The notes: generated by a model not told the origin, from the letters alone. DNA of 64,000 nucleotides from Alphaproteobacteria bacterium (GCA_965228895.1 OZ245842.1:2752001-2816000), one strand, 5' to 3'; shown: positions 9,657 through 18,973, counted from the stretch's first letter. Program-made: numbers and translations.

Positions 9657-10532
9657 GTGAACCCCGACAACCAGACGGCGCTCGACAATCTGCCGCCGCT
9701 TCGCGACGTCATTGCCCGCCACGGCTTGGCGGCGCGCAAGTCGCTGGGGCAAAACTTTCTGCTCGACGAGAACCTGCTGGATCGGATTGCGCGTGCCGCC
9801 GGGCCGCTCAACGACGCGCACGTGGTCGAGGTCGGCCCCGGTCCGGGCGGCCTGACCCGTGCCCTGCTGCGCGCGGGCGCACGCCGCGTCACGGCCATCG
9901 AAAAAGACCGTCGCGCCATCGCCGCGCTCGACGAACTCGCGGCTCTAGCAGGCGGACGCTTGACGATCATGGAAGGCGACGCGCTCGGCACGCCACTGTC
10001 CGGTCTGGCCGACCAGCCGCTGACCGTCGTCGCCAACCTGCCTTTTAACATCGCGACCCCACTGCTGATGTCGTGGCTGGAGGCGGCCGAACCGATTGCC
10101 TCGATGACCTTGATGTTCCAGCGCGAAGTCGCGGCCCGGTTGACCGCCAAGCCACGCACCAAGGACTATGGCCGGCTGGCGGTCGCGGCGCAGTGGCGCT
10201 GTTTGGTCAAGCGATGTTTCGACGTACCGCCGCGCGCCTTCGTGCCCCAACCCAAGGTCGCGGCCAGCGTGGTTCACCTGGATGTCATGGCCGCACCGGT
10301 CTTCCCGGCCGATTCCCGGTGCTTGGCGGCAATCGTCAAGGCGGCCTTTGGCCAGCGCCGGAAAGCCTTGCGCAATGCCTTGGGCGCGCTCGTCGATGAT
10401 CCCTTGAGCCTGCTCGAAACCGCCGACATTGACCCTGGAAGGCGGGCCGAAGAGCTGGAAATTGAGGAATTCGCGCGTTTGGCGCGTGCCTATGAAGCCA
10501 TCGCGCACAAACCGATTGGCGCAGACGGCTAG
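9657..10532 (+). CDS. rsmA: 16S rRNA dimethyladenosine transferase
   Basis: KSLGQNFLLD, VEVGPGPGGLT, VVANLPFNI, AFGQRRKALRN. Confidence 0.95.
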   Translation: MNPDNQTALDNLPPLRDVIARHGLAARKSLGQNFLLDENLLDRIARAAGPLNDAHVVEVGPGPGGLTRALLRAGARRVTAIEKDRRAIAALDELAALAGGRLTIMEGDALGTPLSGLADQPLTVVANLPFNIATPLLMSWLEAAEPIASMTLMFQREVAARLTAKPRTKDYGRLAVAAQWRCLVKRCFDVPPRAFVPQPKVAASVVHLDVMAAPVFPADSRCLAAIVKAAFGQRRKALRNALGALVDDPLSLLETADIDPGRRAEELEIEEFARLARAYEAIAHKPIGADG

Positions 10533-10576
10533 TTGATGTAAATCGCTACCGCTTCTTGACGAAACCGGAAACGGCC

Positions 10577-10678
10577 ATGACCGCCAGCCTTGCCATCGGA
10601 CGACGACGACGACGCGCTCTTCTTGGGCGTGCGGCCGTGCGTCTTGGCGTTGGTGGTATGGCATCCCTTACCGGATGA
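10577..10678 (+). promoter_or_regulatory. Putative leader peptide (33 aa, MTASLAIGRRRRRALLGRAAVRLGVGGMASLTG) of a translational attenuator upstream of the GNAT
   Basis: ATG 10577 to TGA 10678 with four tandem CGA codons plus CGC. ACTCCGG (10681-10687) is complementary to CCGGAGT (10736-10742), which contains the GNAT SD. Confidence 0.55.
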
Positions 10679-10750
10679 TCACTCCGGCGCGGGTCGATCG
10701 GCAGCCGCTTGGCGTGCTGGCATAGATTCGACGACCCGGAGTTTCAGACC

Positions 10751-11272
10751 TTGTTTCACATTATCGAAGAACGGCTCTCAGACGAGGAAGCCGTAAAGAC
10801 GTTGGCGCGGCTTGCGCTTGGCAACCGGATGACGGACAGCCCGGCGGCACGCCTGCGTGCGGCAAGCGCTCCGGTACCGGGGCTTAGCCTGGTCGCGCTC
10901 GAAAACGACGATCTCGTCGGTACGATTCGGTTCTGGCCGGTGATGATCGGCGCCGGCGTCAAGGCGGTCCAACTGGGTCCGGTTGCGATCGAACCCAGCC
11001 ATCGCGGCCGTGGCATCAGCCGCCTGTTGATCCGCTATGGCCTGGAGCGTGCGCAGGCCCAAGGGCACCGCATCGTCGTCTTGATCGGCGAACACGCGAT
11101 CTATGAACGTTACGGCTTTAGACCCGCCGCGCCACTGGGCATCACGCTTGCCGAATACGAAGACCGCGATCGCCTGCAAGTCCTGGGCCTTGCGCCAGGC
11201 GTTCTTGACGGCCTTCGAGGCTGCGTTCGCCCCGACGACACCTTCGATGCCGACGACCGGCGTTTCGCCTGA
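10751..11272 (+). CDS. GNAT family N-acetyltransferase (YhbS-like)
   Basis: LGPVAIEPSHRGRGISRLL and YERYGF acetyl-CoA motifs; TTG start 9 nt after GGAG. Confidence 0.85.
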   Translation: MFHIIEERLSDEEAVKTLARLALGNRMTDSPAARLRAASAPVPGLSLVALENDDLVGTIRFWPVMIGAGVKAVQLGPVAIEPSHRGRGISRLLIRYGLERAQAQGHRIVVLIGEHAIYERYGFRPAAPLGITLAEYEDRDRLQVLGLAPGVLDGLRGCVRPDDTFDADDRRFA

Positions 11273-11281
11273 GGTTTGTTG

Positions 11282-11932
11282 CTAACCCTCGTCCAGCTCG
11301 CGACTCATCTCGCTGATGAACGCGCCCAGACCGACTTGGCGCTCCCGGCGCAGACGCTCGGCGCGCAGGATGTCGCGGACGCTTTCAACCGACGTGTCGA
11401 GATCCTGGTTGATGACGACGTAGTCGTACTCGCTCCATCGCGACATTTCGTCACTGGCACGGCTCATACGGTGCAACACGACGTCTTCAGGATCGGATGC
11501 GCGGCTGCGCAAACGATCGTGCAATTCGCTCGCAGATGGCGGCAGGACGAAAACTTGCACCAGGTCCGAAGGCATGCGCTCGCGCAGTTGCTGGGCGCCC
11601 TGCCAATCGACATCGAACAGGATGTCCTGGCCGGCAACCAACGCAGCCTCGACCGGCGCGCGTGGCGTGCCATAGCTGTGGCCAAAGACCGTCGCATGTT
11701 CCAGCAAGTCCCCGTTCTTCACCATGGCCGCAAAGGACCCGTCGTCGATAAAATGATAATGCGTTCCGTCTTCCTCGCCGGGCCGCATGGGGCGCGTGGT
11801 GACCGAAACCGAGAGGATCAGATTGTCTTCACTCTCAAGCAGAGCCGCTGCAATCGTGGACTTGCCCGCCCCCGATGGCGATGACAGGACCAGGAGCAAA
11901 CCGCGGCGCTGGACGAGATTACCGTTCATCAT
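11282..11932 (-). CDS. gmk: Guanylate kinase
   Basis: SSPSGAGKST, SVSVTTRPMRPGEEDG, YGTPR, DVDWQGAQQL. Confidence 0.96.
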   Translation of the reverse strand: MMNGNLVQRRGLLLVLSSPSGAGKSTIAAALLESEDNLILSVSVTTRPMRPGEEDGTHYHFIDDGSFAAMVKNGDLLEHATVFGHSYGTPRAPVEAALVAGQDILFDVDWQGAQQLRERMPSDLVQVFVLPPSASELHDRLRSRASDPEDVVLHRMSRASDEMSRWSEYDYVVINQDLDTSVESVRDILRAERLRRERQVGLGAFISEMSRELDEG

Positions 11933-12813
11933 TCGACATTCAGAACCTGTTCGCGCAACCGGTCGATGGCGACCTTCATATCAAGTCCGATCGCCGTCAG
12001 ATCGCTATCGGACGATTTGGAACACAGCGTGTTGGCCTCGCGGAGCAGTTCCTGGCACAGGAAACCAAGGCGCCGACCGGGCGCTTCGTCGCCGCCGAGC
12101 AAGTCGCGAAACGCTGTGATGTGACTGTCAAGTCGATCCAGTTCCTCACGGATATCAGCCTTGGTCGTCAAAAGCGCGATCTCCTGGGCCAGGCGTTCGT
12201 CCGGCACAGGCGTATCATCGCCCAGCAGTTCATCCACCTGCTCGTGCAGGCGATCGCGAATCGCCTGGGGTTGCGCCGCCTCGTGGTCGCGCGCCTGGCT
12301 GACGCCCGACGCGATATCGTCAAGCAGTCCCTCCAGAACCGCCTTGAGGCGGGCGCCTTCGTTGGATCGGGCCTCGACCAGCGAATCCAGCAACTCGGTC
12401 AAAGAGCCGACCATGGCGGCGTGGCGGGCATCGCGTGCTTCTGGATCTTCCGACGTATCGGTCTCCAACACGCCGGGCAACCGCATCAGGCCGTCGACAC
12501 TGGGCGGCGATAACGATTCGCGCTCGGCCAGATCGCGCGCGACCGCCAGCACCGCGTCCAATGCGTCGCGGTTTACCGTCAACGGCACCGCCGCCCGGTT
12601 GGTGTCGATGCTGAGCGAGAGCGAGACATTGCCGCGGTTCAGACGCCCGGTGACCGCTTCGCGGGCTTGCGGCTCCAGCGCATCGTAACCCGACGGCAAA
12701 CGGCAGCGGACGTCCAGGCCCTTGCCGTTCACGGTACGCGCTTCCCAGATCCACGACACCGTACCGTCGCCACCTTCGGCGCGGCCAAATCCTGTCATGC
12801 TTTGCAGTGCCAC
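11929..12813 (-). CDS. yicC: YicC/YloC family endoribonuclease
   Basis: SMTGFGRA, DIREELDRL, GRRLGFLCQELLREANTLCSKS, REQVLNVE; start GTG 12813 or ATG 12798. Confidence 0.92.
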   Translation of the reverse strand: MALQSMTGFGRAEGGDGTVSWIWEARTVNGKGLDVRCRLPSGYDALEPQAREAVTGRLNRGNVSLSLSIDTNRAAVPLTVNRDALDAVLAVARDLAERESLSPPSVDGLMRLPGVLETDTSEDPEARDARHAAMVGSLTELLDSLVEARSNEGARLKAVLEGLLDDIASGVSQARDHEAAQPQAIRDRLHEQVDELLGDDTPVPDERLAQEIALLTTKADIREELDRLDSHITAFRDLLGGDEAPGRRLGFLCQELLREANTLCSKSSDSDLTAIGLDMKVAIDRLREQVLNVE

Positions 12814-12915
12814 GGCTGTCCCCGTTCGCCGCCGACGGAAGGGTGGGTGCCGGTGAACCGGCGGCACCTGTATATACTCAGGCGCCATGAACCAACAAGG
12901 CCACCAGCCCGTTCT

Positions 12916-13698
12916 ATGCCCGCCATCTTGATCACCGGTGCCAGCAGCGGCATTGGCGCTGCCCTCGCAAGAACCTATGCCGAGCCGGGCACGACCCTAT
13001 TCCTGGGCGGACGCGACATCGACCGCCTGCATGCGGTCGCTGAGAGCTGCAGGCGCGATGGCGCGGCCGTAGAAACCGCCGCCCATGACGTGACCGACCG
13101 CGACGCCATGGCGAACTGGGTACGTGCCTGTGACGACCAAGCCCCGCTGACGCTCGCTATCGCCAATGCCGGCATCTCGGCCGGCACAGGCGGCGCGGGC
13201 GAAGGCGCCGACCAGGCGCGCCATGTCTTCACCGTCAATGTCGACGGCACCATTAACACGCTTATGCCAGCCCTCGACGCGATGCGGCCACGACAAGCCG
13301 GCCAACTCGCCGTCATGGCCTCGCTTGCGGGGTTTCGTGGCTTTCCCGGCGCGCCCGCCTATTGCGGCAGCAAGGCAGCCGTCAAGGTTTGGGGCGAGGC
13401 ACTGCGAGGTTGGGTGGCCGCCGACGGCATTGGCGTCAGTGTCATCTGCCCGGGCTTCATCAAAACGCCCATGAGCGACGGCAATCCCTATCCCATGCCG
13501 TTTCTCATGGAAGCCGACAAGGCCGCGCGGATCATCCGCCGCGGGCTGACACGGAACCGCGCGCGTATCGCGTTCCCCCTGCCCGTCTATCTGGCGGCGC
13601 TTGCCGCCGGCGCCCTGCCGCCAGCCTGGACCGACCGGCTGTTTCGCGGCATGCCCCGCAAACCGTCAGCGCCGATCAAAATTGATCAAGGAGATTAG
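12916..13698 (+). CDS. Short-chain dehydrogenase/reductase
   Basis: ITGASSGIG, ANAGIS, YCGSK, CPGFIKTPM. Confidence 0.9.
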   Translation: MPAILITGASSGIGAALARTYAEPGTTLFLGGRDIDRLHAVAESCRRDGAAVETAAHDVTDRDAMANWVRACDDQAPLTLAIANAGISAGTGGAGEGADQARHVFTVNVDGTINTLMPALDAMRPRQAGQLAVMASLAGFRGFPGAPAYCGSKAAVKVWGEALRGWVAADGIGVSVICPGFIKTPMSDGNPYPMPFLMEADKAARIIRRGLTRNRARIAFPLPVYLAALAAGALPPAWTDRLFRGMPRKPSAPIKIDQGD

Positions 13699-13728
13699 GT
13701 TTCTCTATTAATAGATTGTTTTATTTGG

Positions 13729-14793
13729 CTAATTATCTTGATCTCTCAACCATTTTCTATAGGCCGCAACGTTGTCGTTGTGTTCGGGCAGCGTGCGAGC
13801 GAAGGCGTGCCCGCCGGTACCGTCGGCCACAAAATAGAGATCATCGGTGTCCAGCGGGTGCAGGACGGCATAGATCGCATCATAGCCGGGATTGGCAATC
13901 GGACCCGGCGGCAAGCCGGCATAACGATAGGTATTGTAGGCGTCGTCGACTTCCAGATCGTCGTACGTCAACCCGCGGCCAAGGTCGCCATCACCTCCGG
14001 TGAGCGCATAGATGACGGTCGGATCGGACTGCAGCCGCATGTTTCGGGCGAGGCGGTTAAAGAAGACGCCGGCAATATGGGCCCGCTCCTCCGGTACGCC
14101 GGTCTCCTTTTCGACAATTGACGCCAGAATAAGCGCCTCCTCAGGCGATTCGAGGTTCACGTCGGGGTCGCGCCCCTGCCACAGTGCCTCGAGTGTCCCG
14201 GTCATTGCGGACGCCATGCGCTGGACGACGGCGGTGCGGGTATCGCCGAGCTCATAGTGATAGGTCTCGGGCAGCAAAGCGCCTTCGACGGGCTCGCTCT
14301 CGATTTCGCCCGTCAAACCATCGGCGGTGCGAACCAGGTCCAAGACGGCGGCGGTTGTCAGGCCTTCGGGCACGCTGATCTTGCGCACCACGGTACGGCC
14401 CTCTGAAAGGTGATCGACGACCTCATCGAGCGACTGGCCGGGCACGAAGACATATTCGCCGGCCTTCAACTCCCGACCTTCCCCGCGCCACCTTACGCGC
14501 AGCACCATCAGCAATGGATCGTTGATGACACCGGCATCGGCCAGTTGATCGGCGATGTCGTCGACGCCTGCGCCACGCGGGATAACGAGGGTCGTCTCGG
14601 ATTCAAGGGGACCCGGACTGCGGGCCTGCTGGTCGAACCACAGGAAAGCCGCGACCGCACCGACCGCGAGCAATGCCAGAACCGAAAAGAACCCGCCAAC
14701 CAGCCGATTGAAGGCACCGGGCTTGCGAACGGGTTTGGCCGCCGGGCGGCCGTCTCCATTCGCTTGCTGCTGATCGTCGTTGACGGGAGGCAG
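13729..14793 (-). CDS. mltG: Endolytic transglycosylase MltG
   Basis: LKAGEY, EGALLPETY, ASIVEKETG, MRLQSDPT, GLPPGPIANPG, YFVADGTGGHAF. Start uncertain (CTG 14793 proposed). Confidence 0.92.
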   Translation of the reverse strand: MPPVNDDQQQANGDGRPAAKPVRKPGAFNRLVGGFFSVLALLAVGAVAAFLWFDQQARSPGPLESETTLVIPRGAGVDDIADQLADAGVINDPLLMVLRVRWRGEGRELKAGEYVFVPGQSLDEVVDHLSEGRTVVRKISVPEGLTTAAVLDLVRTADGLTGEIESEPVEGALLPETYHYELGDTRTAVVQRMASAMTGTLEALWQGRDPDVNLESPEEALILASIVEKETGVPEERAHIAGVFFNRLARNMRLQSDPTVIYALTGGDGDLGRGLTYDDLEVDDAYNTYRYAGLPPGPIANPGYDAIYAVLHPLDTDDLYFVADGTGGHAFARTLPEHNDNVAAYRKWLRDQDN

Positions 14794-14804
14794 GAACTTA
14801 CCCT

Positions 14805-16082
14805 TTAGGGCGCCTTGGCAACCACGAGGCTGGCATTGGTGCCGCCAAATCCGAAGGAGTTGCTCAGCGCGGCGCGAACCGGCCGCTCTTTGGCATTCAA
14901 CGGCACGAGATCTACGCCTTCGCAAGCGTCCGAAGGGTCCTCGAGGTTGAGTGTCGGCGGCACCACGTCGTTCTTCACCGCCATGATCGCATAGATCGCC
15001 TCGACACTGCCGGCGGCGCCCAAGAGGTGGCCGATCGACGACTTGGTCGACGACATCGAAATCTTAGACGCCGCATCCCCGAACAGCCGCTTGACCGCGC
15101 CCAGCTCGATTTCGTCGCCCAGCGGCGTCGATGTACCGTGGGCGTTGACGTAGTCGATGTCATCGGGCGTCAGCGACGCGTTTGCCAGCGCGCTCTTCAT
15201 CGAACGGTAACCGCCGTCGCCGTCATCGGCGGGCGCTGTGATGTGGTGGGCGTCGCCCGACAGGCCGTAGCCGACGACCTCGGCGTAAATCTTGGCGCCC
15301 CGCGCCTTGGCGTGCTCCAGTTCCTCAAGCACGACGATGCCGGCACCCTCGCCCATGACGAAACCATCACGCGCCTTGTCCCAGGGCCGGGACGCGCGCT
15401 CCGGTTCGTCATTGAAATCGGTCGAAAGAGCCCGCGATGCGGCGAAACCGGCGACACCGATCGGGCACACAGCGGCTTCGGCACCGCCAGCGACCATGAT
15501 GTCGGCATCGCCGAACTTGATCAGCCGCGAGGCATCGCCCAGTGCGTGGGCGCCGGTCGAGCATGCTGTGACAACCGCGTGGTTCGGCCCCTTGAAGCCG
15601 TGACGGATCGAGACGTGGCCGGACGCCAGGTTGATCAGGGAGGAGGGAATGAAAAACGGGCTGACCCGCCGTGGACCCCGCTCCTTCAACAGGATCGATG
15701 CCTCGGCAATGGTCTTGAGCCCGCCGATGCCCGAGCCGATCATGACACCGGTGCGGTATCGATCCTCATCTGTCTGGGGCTTCCAGCCAGAGTCCTCCAC
15801 CGCCCGCTGCGCCGCCGCGACAGCCAGGATGATGAAGTCATCCATCTTCCGCTGATCCTTCGTGTCGACGTAGTCGTCGGCGCGAAACGCGTAGGCCTCG
15901 TTACCGGTGGGTGGCTGGCCGGCGATCTTCGCCGCCAGGTCGCTGGTGTCGAAGTTGTCGATACGGCGAATGCCAGACTCGCCGGCAACCAAACGCGACC
16001 AGTTATGCTCCACGCCGTCGCCGAGCGGCGTCACCATGCCCATGCCGGTAACGACGACCCGTCGTTGATCAACGTTATGCAT
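14805..16082 (-). CDS. fabF: Beta-ketoacyl-ACP synthase II
   Basis: RRVVVTGMG, TACSTGAH, NAHGTSTPLGD, KSSIGHLLGAAG, SNSFGFGGTN. Confidence 0.97.
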   Translation of the reverse strand: MHNVDQRRVVVTGMGMVTPLGDGVEHNWSRLVAGESGIRRIDNFDTSDLAAKIAGQPPTGNEAYAFRADDYVDTKDQRKMDDFIILAVAAAQRAVEDSGWKPQTDEDRYRTGVMIGSGIGGLKTIAEASILLKERGPRRVSPFFIPSSLINLASGHVSIRHGFKGPNHAVVTACSTGAHALGDASRLIKFGDADIMVAGGAEAAVCPIGVAGFAASRALSTDFNDEPERASRPWDKARDGFVMGEGAGIVVLEELEHAKARGAKIYAEVVGYGLSGDAHHITAPADDGDGGYRSMKSALANASLTPDDIDYVNAHGTSTPLGDEIELGAVKRLFGDAASKISMSSTKSSIGHLLGAAGSVEAIYAIMAVKNDVVPPTLNLEDPSDACEGVDLVPLNAKERPVRAALSNSFGFGGTNASLVVAKAP

Positions 16083-16126
16083 GCGAAGCGGCTCCCGCCG
16101 ACCCGCCGCCCAAAAGCGTCACCGGA

Positions 16127-16363
16127 TCAGTCGGCGTGCTGGTCGATGTAATCGATCGCATCCTTGATGGTGAGGATCTTTTCCGCAGCGTCATCGGGGA
16201 TCTCGACACCGAACTCCTCCTCGAACGCCATCACCAGCTCAACCGTGTCGAGGCTGTCGGCCCCCAAATCGTCAATAAAACTCGCGCTGTCCGTGACCTT
16301 GGCTTCATCGACGCCGAGATGGTCGACGACGATCTTTTTTACGCGATCAGACACATCGCTCAT
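16127..16363 (-). CDS. acpP: Acyl carrier protein
   Basis: [20 protein letters not shown]. Confidence 0.97.
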   Translation of the reverse strand: MSDVSDRVKKIVVDHLGVDEAKVTDSASFIDDLGADSLDTVELVMAFEEEFGVEIPDDAAEKILTIKDAIDYIDQHAD

Positions 16364-16537
16364 CGGGACACAACCTCCATGATTTCTCAAGAATTTCCGT
16401 GACTTGCGGGTTATGGAAAAGCCCGCCGCATGACTGAAAACCGTTGTCCCCTACCCCCGGGGCGCGTCCATGTAACACACTTTAGTCTGGCATGCGATAG
16501 CTGGAAAAGCCCCTTTTCAGTGGACCAAATCCGCCAA

Positions 16538-17275
16538 TCAGATCATGGCCATGCCACCGTTGACGTGCAGGGTCTGACCGGTGACGTAAGCGGCTTCGTC
16601 GCTGGCCAGATAGACGGCTGCCGCCGCGATGTCGTCAGACGCGCCAAGCCGGCCTGCGGGAATGCGCTCCAGCAGCTTATCGCGGACATCGTCGTTCAAG
16701 GCGTCGGTCATGGCCGTTTCGATGAATCCCGGCGCGATACAGTTGACCGTGATGCCGCGCTCCGCGACCTCCTGGGCGAGTGACTTCGACATGCCGATCA
16801 TGCCGGCCTTGGCGGCGGCGTAGTTGGCCTGACCCGGATTGCCGGTCACCCCGACGATCGACGTGATGCCGACAATGCGGCCATGGCGGCGCTTCAGCAT
16901 GCCGCGCAGGAGCGCTCGGGTCAGGCGAAAGCCGGCCGTCAGATTGACGTCCAGAATGGTCTGCCAATCGTCATCCTTCATCCGCATGGCAAGCGTGTCG
17001 CGGGTGATGCCGGCGTTGTTGATCAAAATGTCAACCTGGCCCATGGCTTCATCGGCGGCCGCCGCCAGCGCCGCCGGCGCCTCAGCCTCGGCAAGGTCGG
17101 CGACCAGCACATGGCACCGCTCGCCGAGCGATCCCGCCAGCTCGTCGAGTGCGTCGCGCCGGCGCCCGGCGATACCGACGGTAGCGCCCTGGGCATGCAA
17201 AGCCCGCGCGATCGCGCCGCCCAGACCGCCGGAAGCGCCGGTCACCAATGCGGTCTTGCCGGAAAGGTCGAACAT
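16538..17275 (-). CDS. fabG: 3-oxoacyl-ACP reductase
   Basis: NNAGITRD, GNPGQANYAAAKAG, TLHVNGGMAMI; lies in the fab operon. Confidence 0.96.
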   Translation of the reverse strand: MFDLSGKTALVTGASGGLGGAIARALHAQGATVGIAGRRRDALDELAGSLGERCHVLVADLAEAEAPAALAAAADEAMGQVDILINNAGITRDTLAMRMKDDDWQTILDVNLTAGFRLTRALLRGMLKRRHGRIVGITSIVGVTGNPGQANYAAAKAGMIGMSKSLAQEVAERGITVNCIAPGFIETAMTDALNDDVRDKLLERIPAGRLGASDDIAAAAVYLASDEAAYVTGQTLHVNGGMAMI

Positions 17276-17301
17276 CCGGTCTCTCCCTGGGATAATCCCT
17301 G

Positions 17302-18243
17302 CTAGAACGTTTTCAGGACGGCCTCGACATCGTCGGGCGTCTCGACGGAGACGCCTTTGAGGTCGCGGTCGATTCGGCGGGCAAGCCCGCTCAGCACCTT
17401 ACCGGTCCCCAGCTCGACCAGCGTGTCGACGTCGTGCTCCTTCATCGTCAAGACACCCTCGCGCCAGCGGACGGTCGCGGTGACCTGTTCGACCAACAGG
17501 CGGCGTATGGTTTCCGGCACGCCGACCGGTTCAGCGGTCACATTGGCAACGATCGGGACGGCGGGCGCGGCGATCGTTACCGATTCAAGCGCCTCGGCCA
17601 TGCGATCGGCGGCCGGCTGCATGAGGGGGCAGTGAAAAGGCGCGCTGACCGGCAACATGATCGCGCGTTTGGCGCCCTTCTCCGTCGCCAGTTCGGCAGC
17701 TTTTTCGACCGCCTCCTTGGCGCCGCTAACCACGACCTGGCCGGTCGAATTGTCGTTGGCGACAGCGCAAACGCCAATACCGCCGGCCTCGCCAACCAGT
17801 TCTTGCACGTCATCGAGGTCAAGACCCAGGACCGCCGCCATTGCGCCCTCGCCCACCGGCACAGCCTCCTGCATGGCCTCACCACGCAGGCGCAGCAGGC
17901 GGGCGGTTTCGGCCACCGGCAGCGACCCGGCGGCGACCAGGGCCGAATACTCGCCCAGCGAATGGCCGGCGACCATCGACGCCATTTGGTCGAGCGCCTG
18001 GCCGCCTTCGCTTTCCACCACTCTGAGGACCGCGACCGATGAGGCCATCAGCGCGGGTTGGGTATTGGCGGTCAAGGTCAGATCGGCTTCAGGCCCCTCC
18101 GCCATCAGCCGAAACAGGCGTTGTTCCAGGGCGTCATCGACCTCCTCGAAGACGTGCCGGGCCGCAGGAAATGCCTCGGCCAGCGCCACGCCCATACCGA
18201 CCTTCTGGCTGCCTTGGCCAGGAAACACGAAGGCACGCGTCAT
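17302..18243 (-). CDS. fabD: Malonyl-CoA:ACP transacylase
   Basis: FPGQGSQ, GHSLGEYSAL, VSAPFHC. Confidence 0.97.
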   Translation of the reverse strand: MTRAFVFPGQGSQKVGMGVALAEAFPAARHVFEEVDDALEQRLFRLMAEGPEADLTLTANTQPALMASSVAVLRVVESEGGQALDQMASMVAGHSLGEYSALVAAGSLPVAETARLLRLRGEAMQEAVPVGEGAMAAVLGLDLDDVQELVGEAGGIGVCAVANDNSTGQVVVSGAKEAVEKAAELATEKGAKRAIMLPVSAPFHCPLMQPAADRMAEALESVTIAAPAVPIVANVTAEPVGVPETIRRLLVEQVTATVRWREGVLTMKEHDVDTLVELGTGKVLSGLARRIDRDLKGVSVETPDDVEAVLKTF

Positions 18244-18342
18244 AAAAAGCCCTTACACTTGTTGGAAACCGCCCGGGAACGCCCCCGCCCGGCGCCTGAA
18301 TCGGCGCAGTCAACGGGCTCGACAGGGCCCTGTCAAGCGTGC

Positions 18343-18370
18343 TTGATCGCCAAGGCAAAATCGCTATAGT
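18343..18370 (+). promoter_or_regulatory. Putative sigma70 promoter of the rpsF operon
   Basis: TTGATC-16 nt-TATAGT. A TTGACA on the minus strand at 18331-18336 could be the -35 of the divergent fabD promoter. Confidence 0.55.
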
Positions 18371-18469
18371 GCGCCGCTCGCTGGCGCAGGCCCCTGGGGC
18401 CAGATCGGCGTGACCGATTGGTGCGCCGGCGTTCGTCTTTTGTCGTTCTAGTTTGAGAGGAAGGGCCCG

Positions 18470-18973
18470 ATGCCTTTCTACGAGAGCACGTTTATCGTGC
18501 GACCCGATGCGTCGCCGCAGCAGGTCGAGACCCTGGCCGAAGAGGTCGAGGGCATGATCAAGGAGCATGGCGGCGCCGTCACCAAGACCGAGATGTGGGG
18601 CCTGAAGTCGCTCGCCTATCGCATGAAGAAGAGCCGCAAGGGCCATTACGTCTTCATGAACGTCGACGCGTCCGGCGATACGATCCATGAGTTGGAGCGG
18701 AACTTCCGCATCAACGAGGATGTCATCCGCTATCTCAACATCCGTGTCGAGGAGCTCGACCCCGAGCCGACCGCGATGATGAAGAGCCGCGCCAGCCGCG
18801 ACGACCGTGGCCCGCGTCGCGACGACCGTGGCCGTGATGATCGCCCCCGTGGCGACCGTGATCGCGACGACCGCCCCCGTGGTGACCGCGACCGGGATGA
18901 CCGGCCGCGCGACGCCAAATCAGACAGTGCTGCCGGCGAGGCCGCAGCCGCACCGAGTGGAGACGAGACATGA
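18470..18973 (+). CDS. rpsF: 30S ribosomal protein S6 with long R/D-rich tail
   Basis: [39 protein letters not shown]. Confidence 0.96.
   Translation: MPFYESTFIVRPDASPQQVETLAEEVEGMIKEHGGAVTKTEMWGLKSLAYRMKKSRKGHYVFMNVDASGDTIHELERNFRINEDVIRYLNIRVEELDPEPTAMMKSRASRDDRGPRRDDRGRDDRPRGDRDRDDRPRGDRDRDDRPRDAKSDSAAGEAAAAPSGDET
18797..18913 (+). repeat. Degenerate in-frame tandem repeat encoding RDDR(P/G)-type units in the S6 tail
   Basis: Protein [39 protein letters not shown]. Confidence 0.8.

Noticed and set aside
13699-13735. dif site
   Set aside because: AT-rich and palindromic, but with no XerD arm resembling TTATGTTAAAT.
18797-18913. CRISPR-like or intergenic repeat array
   Set aside because: The repeats are degenerate, in frame within rpsF and have no spacers. 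No cas genes are in the window.
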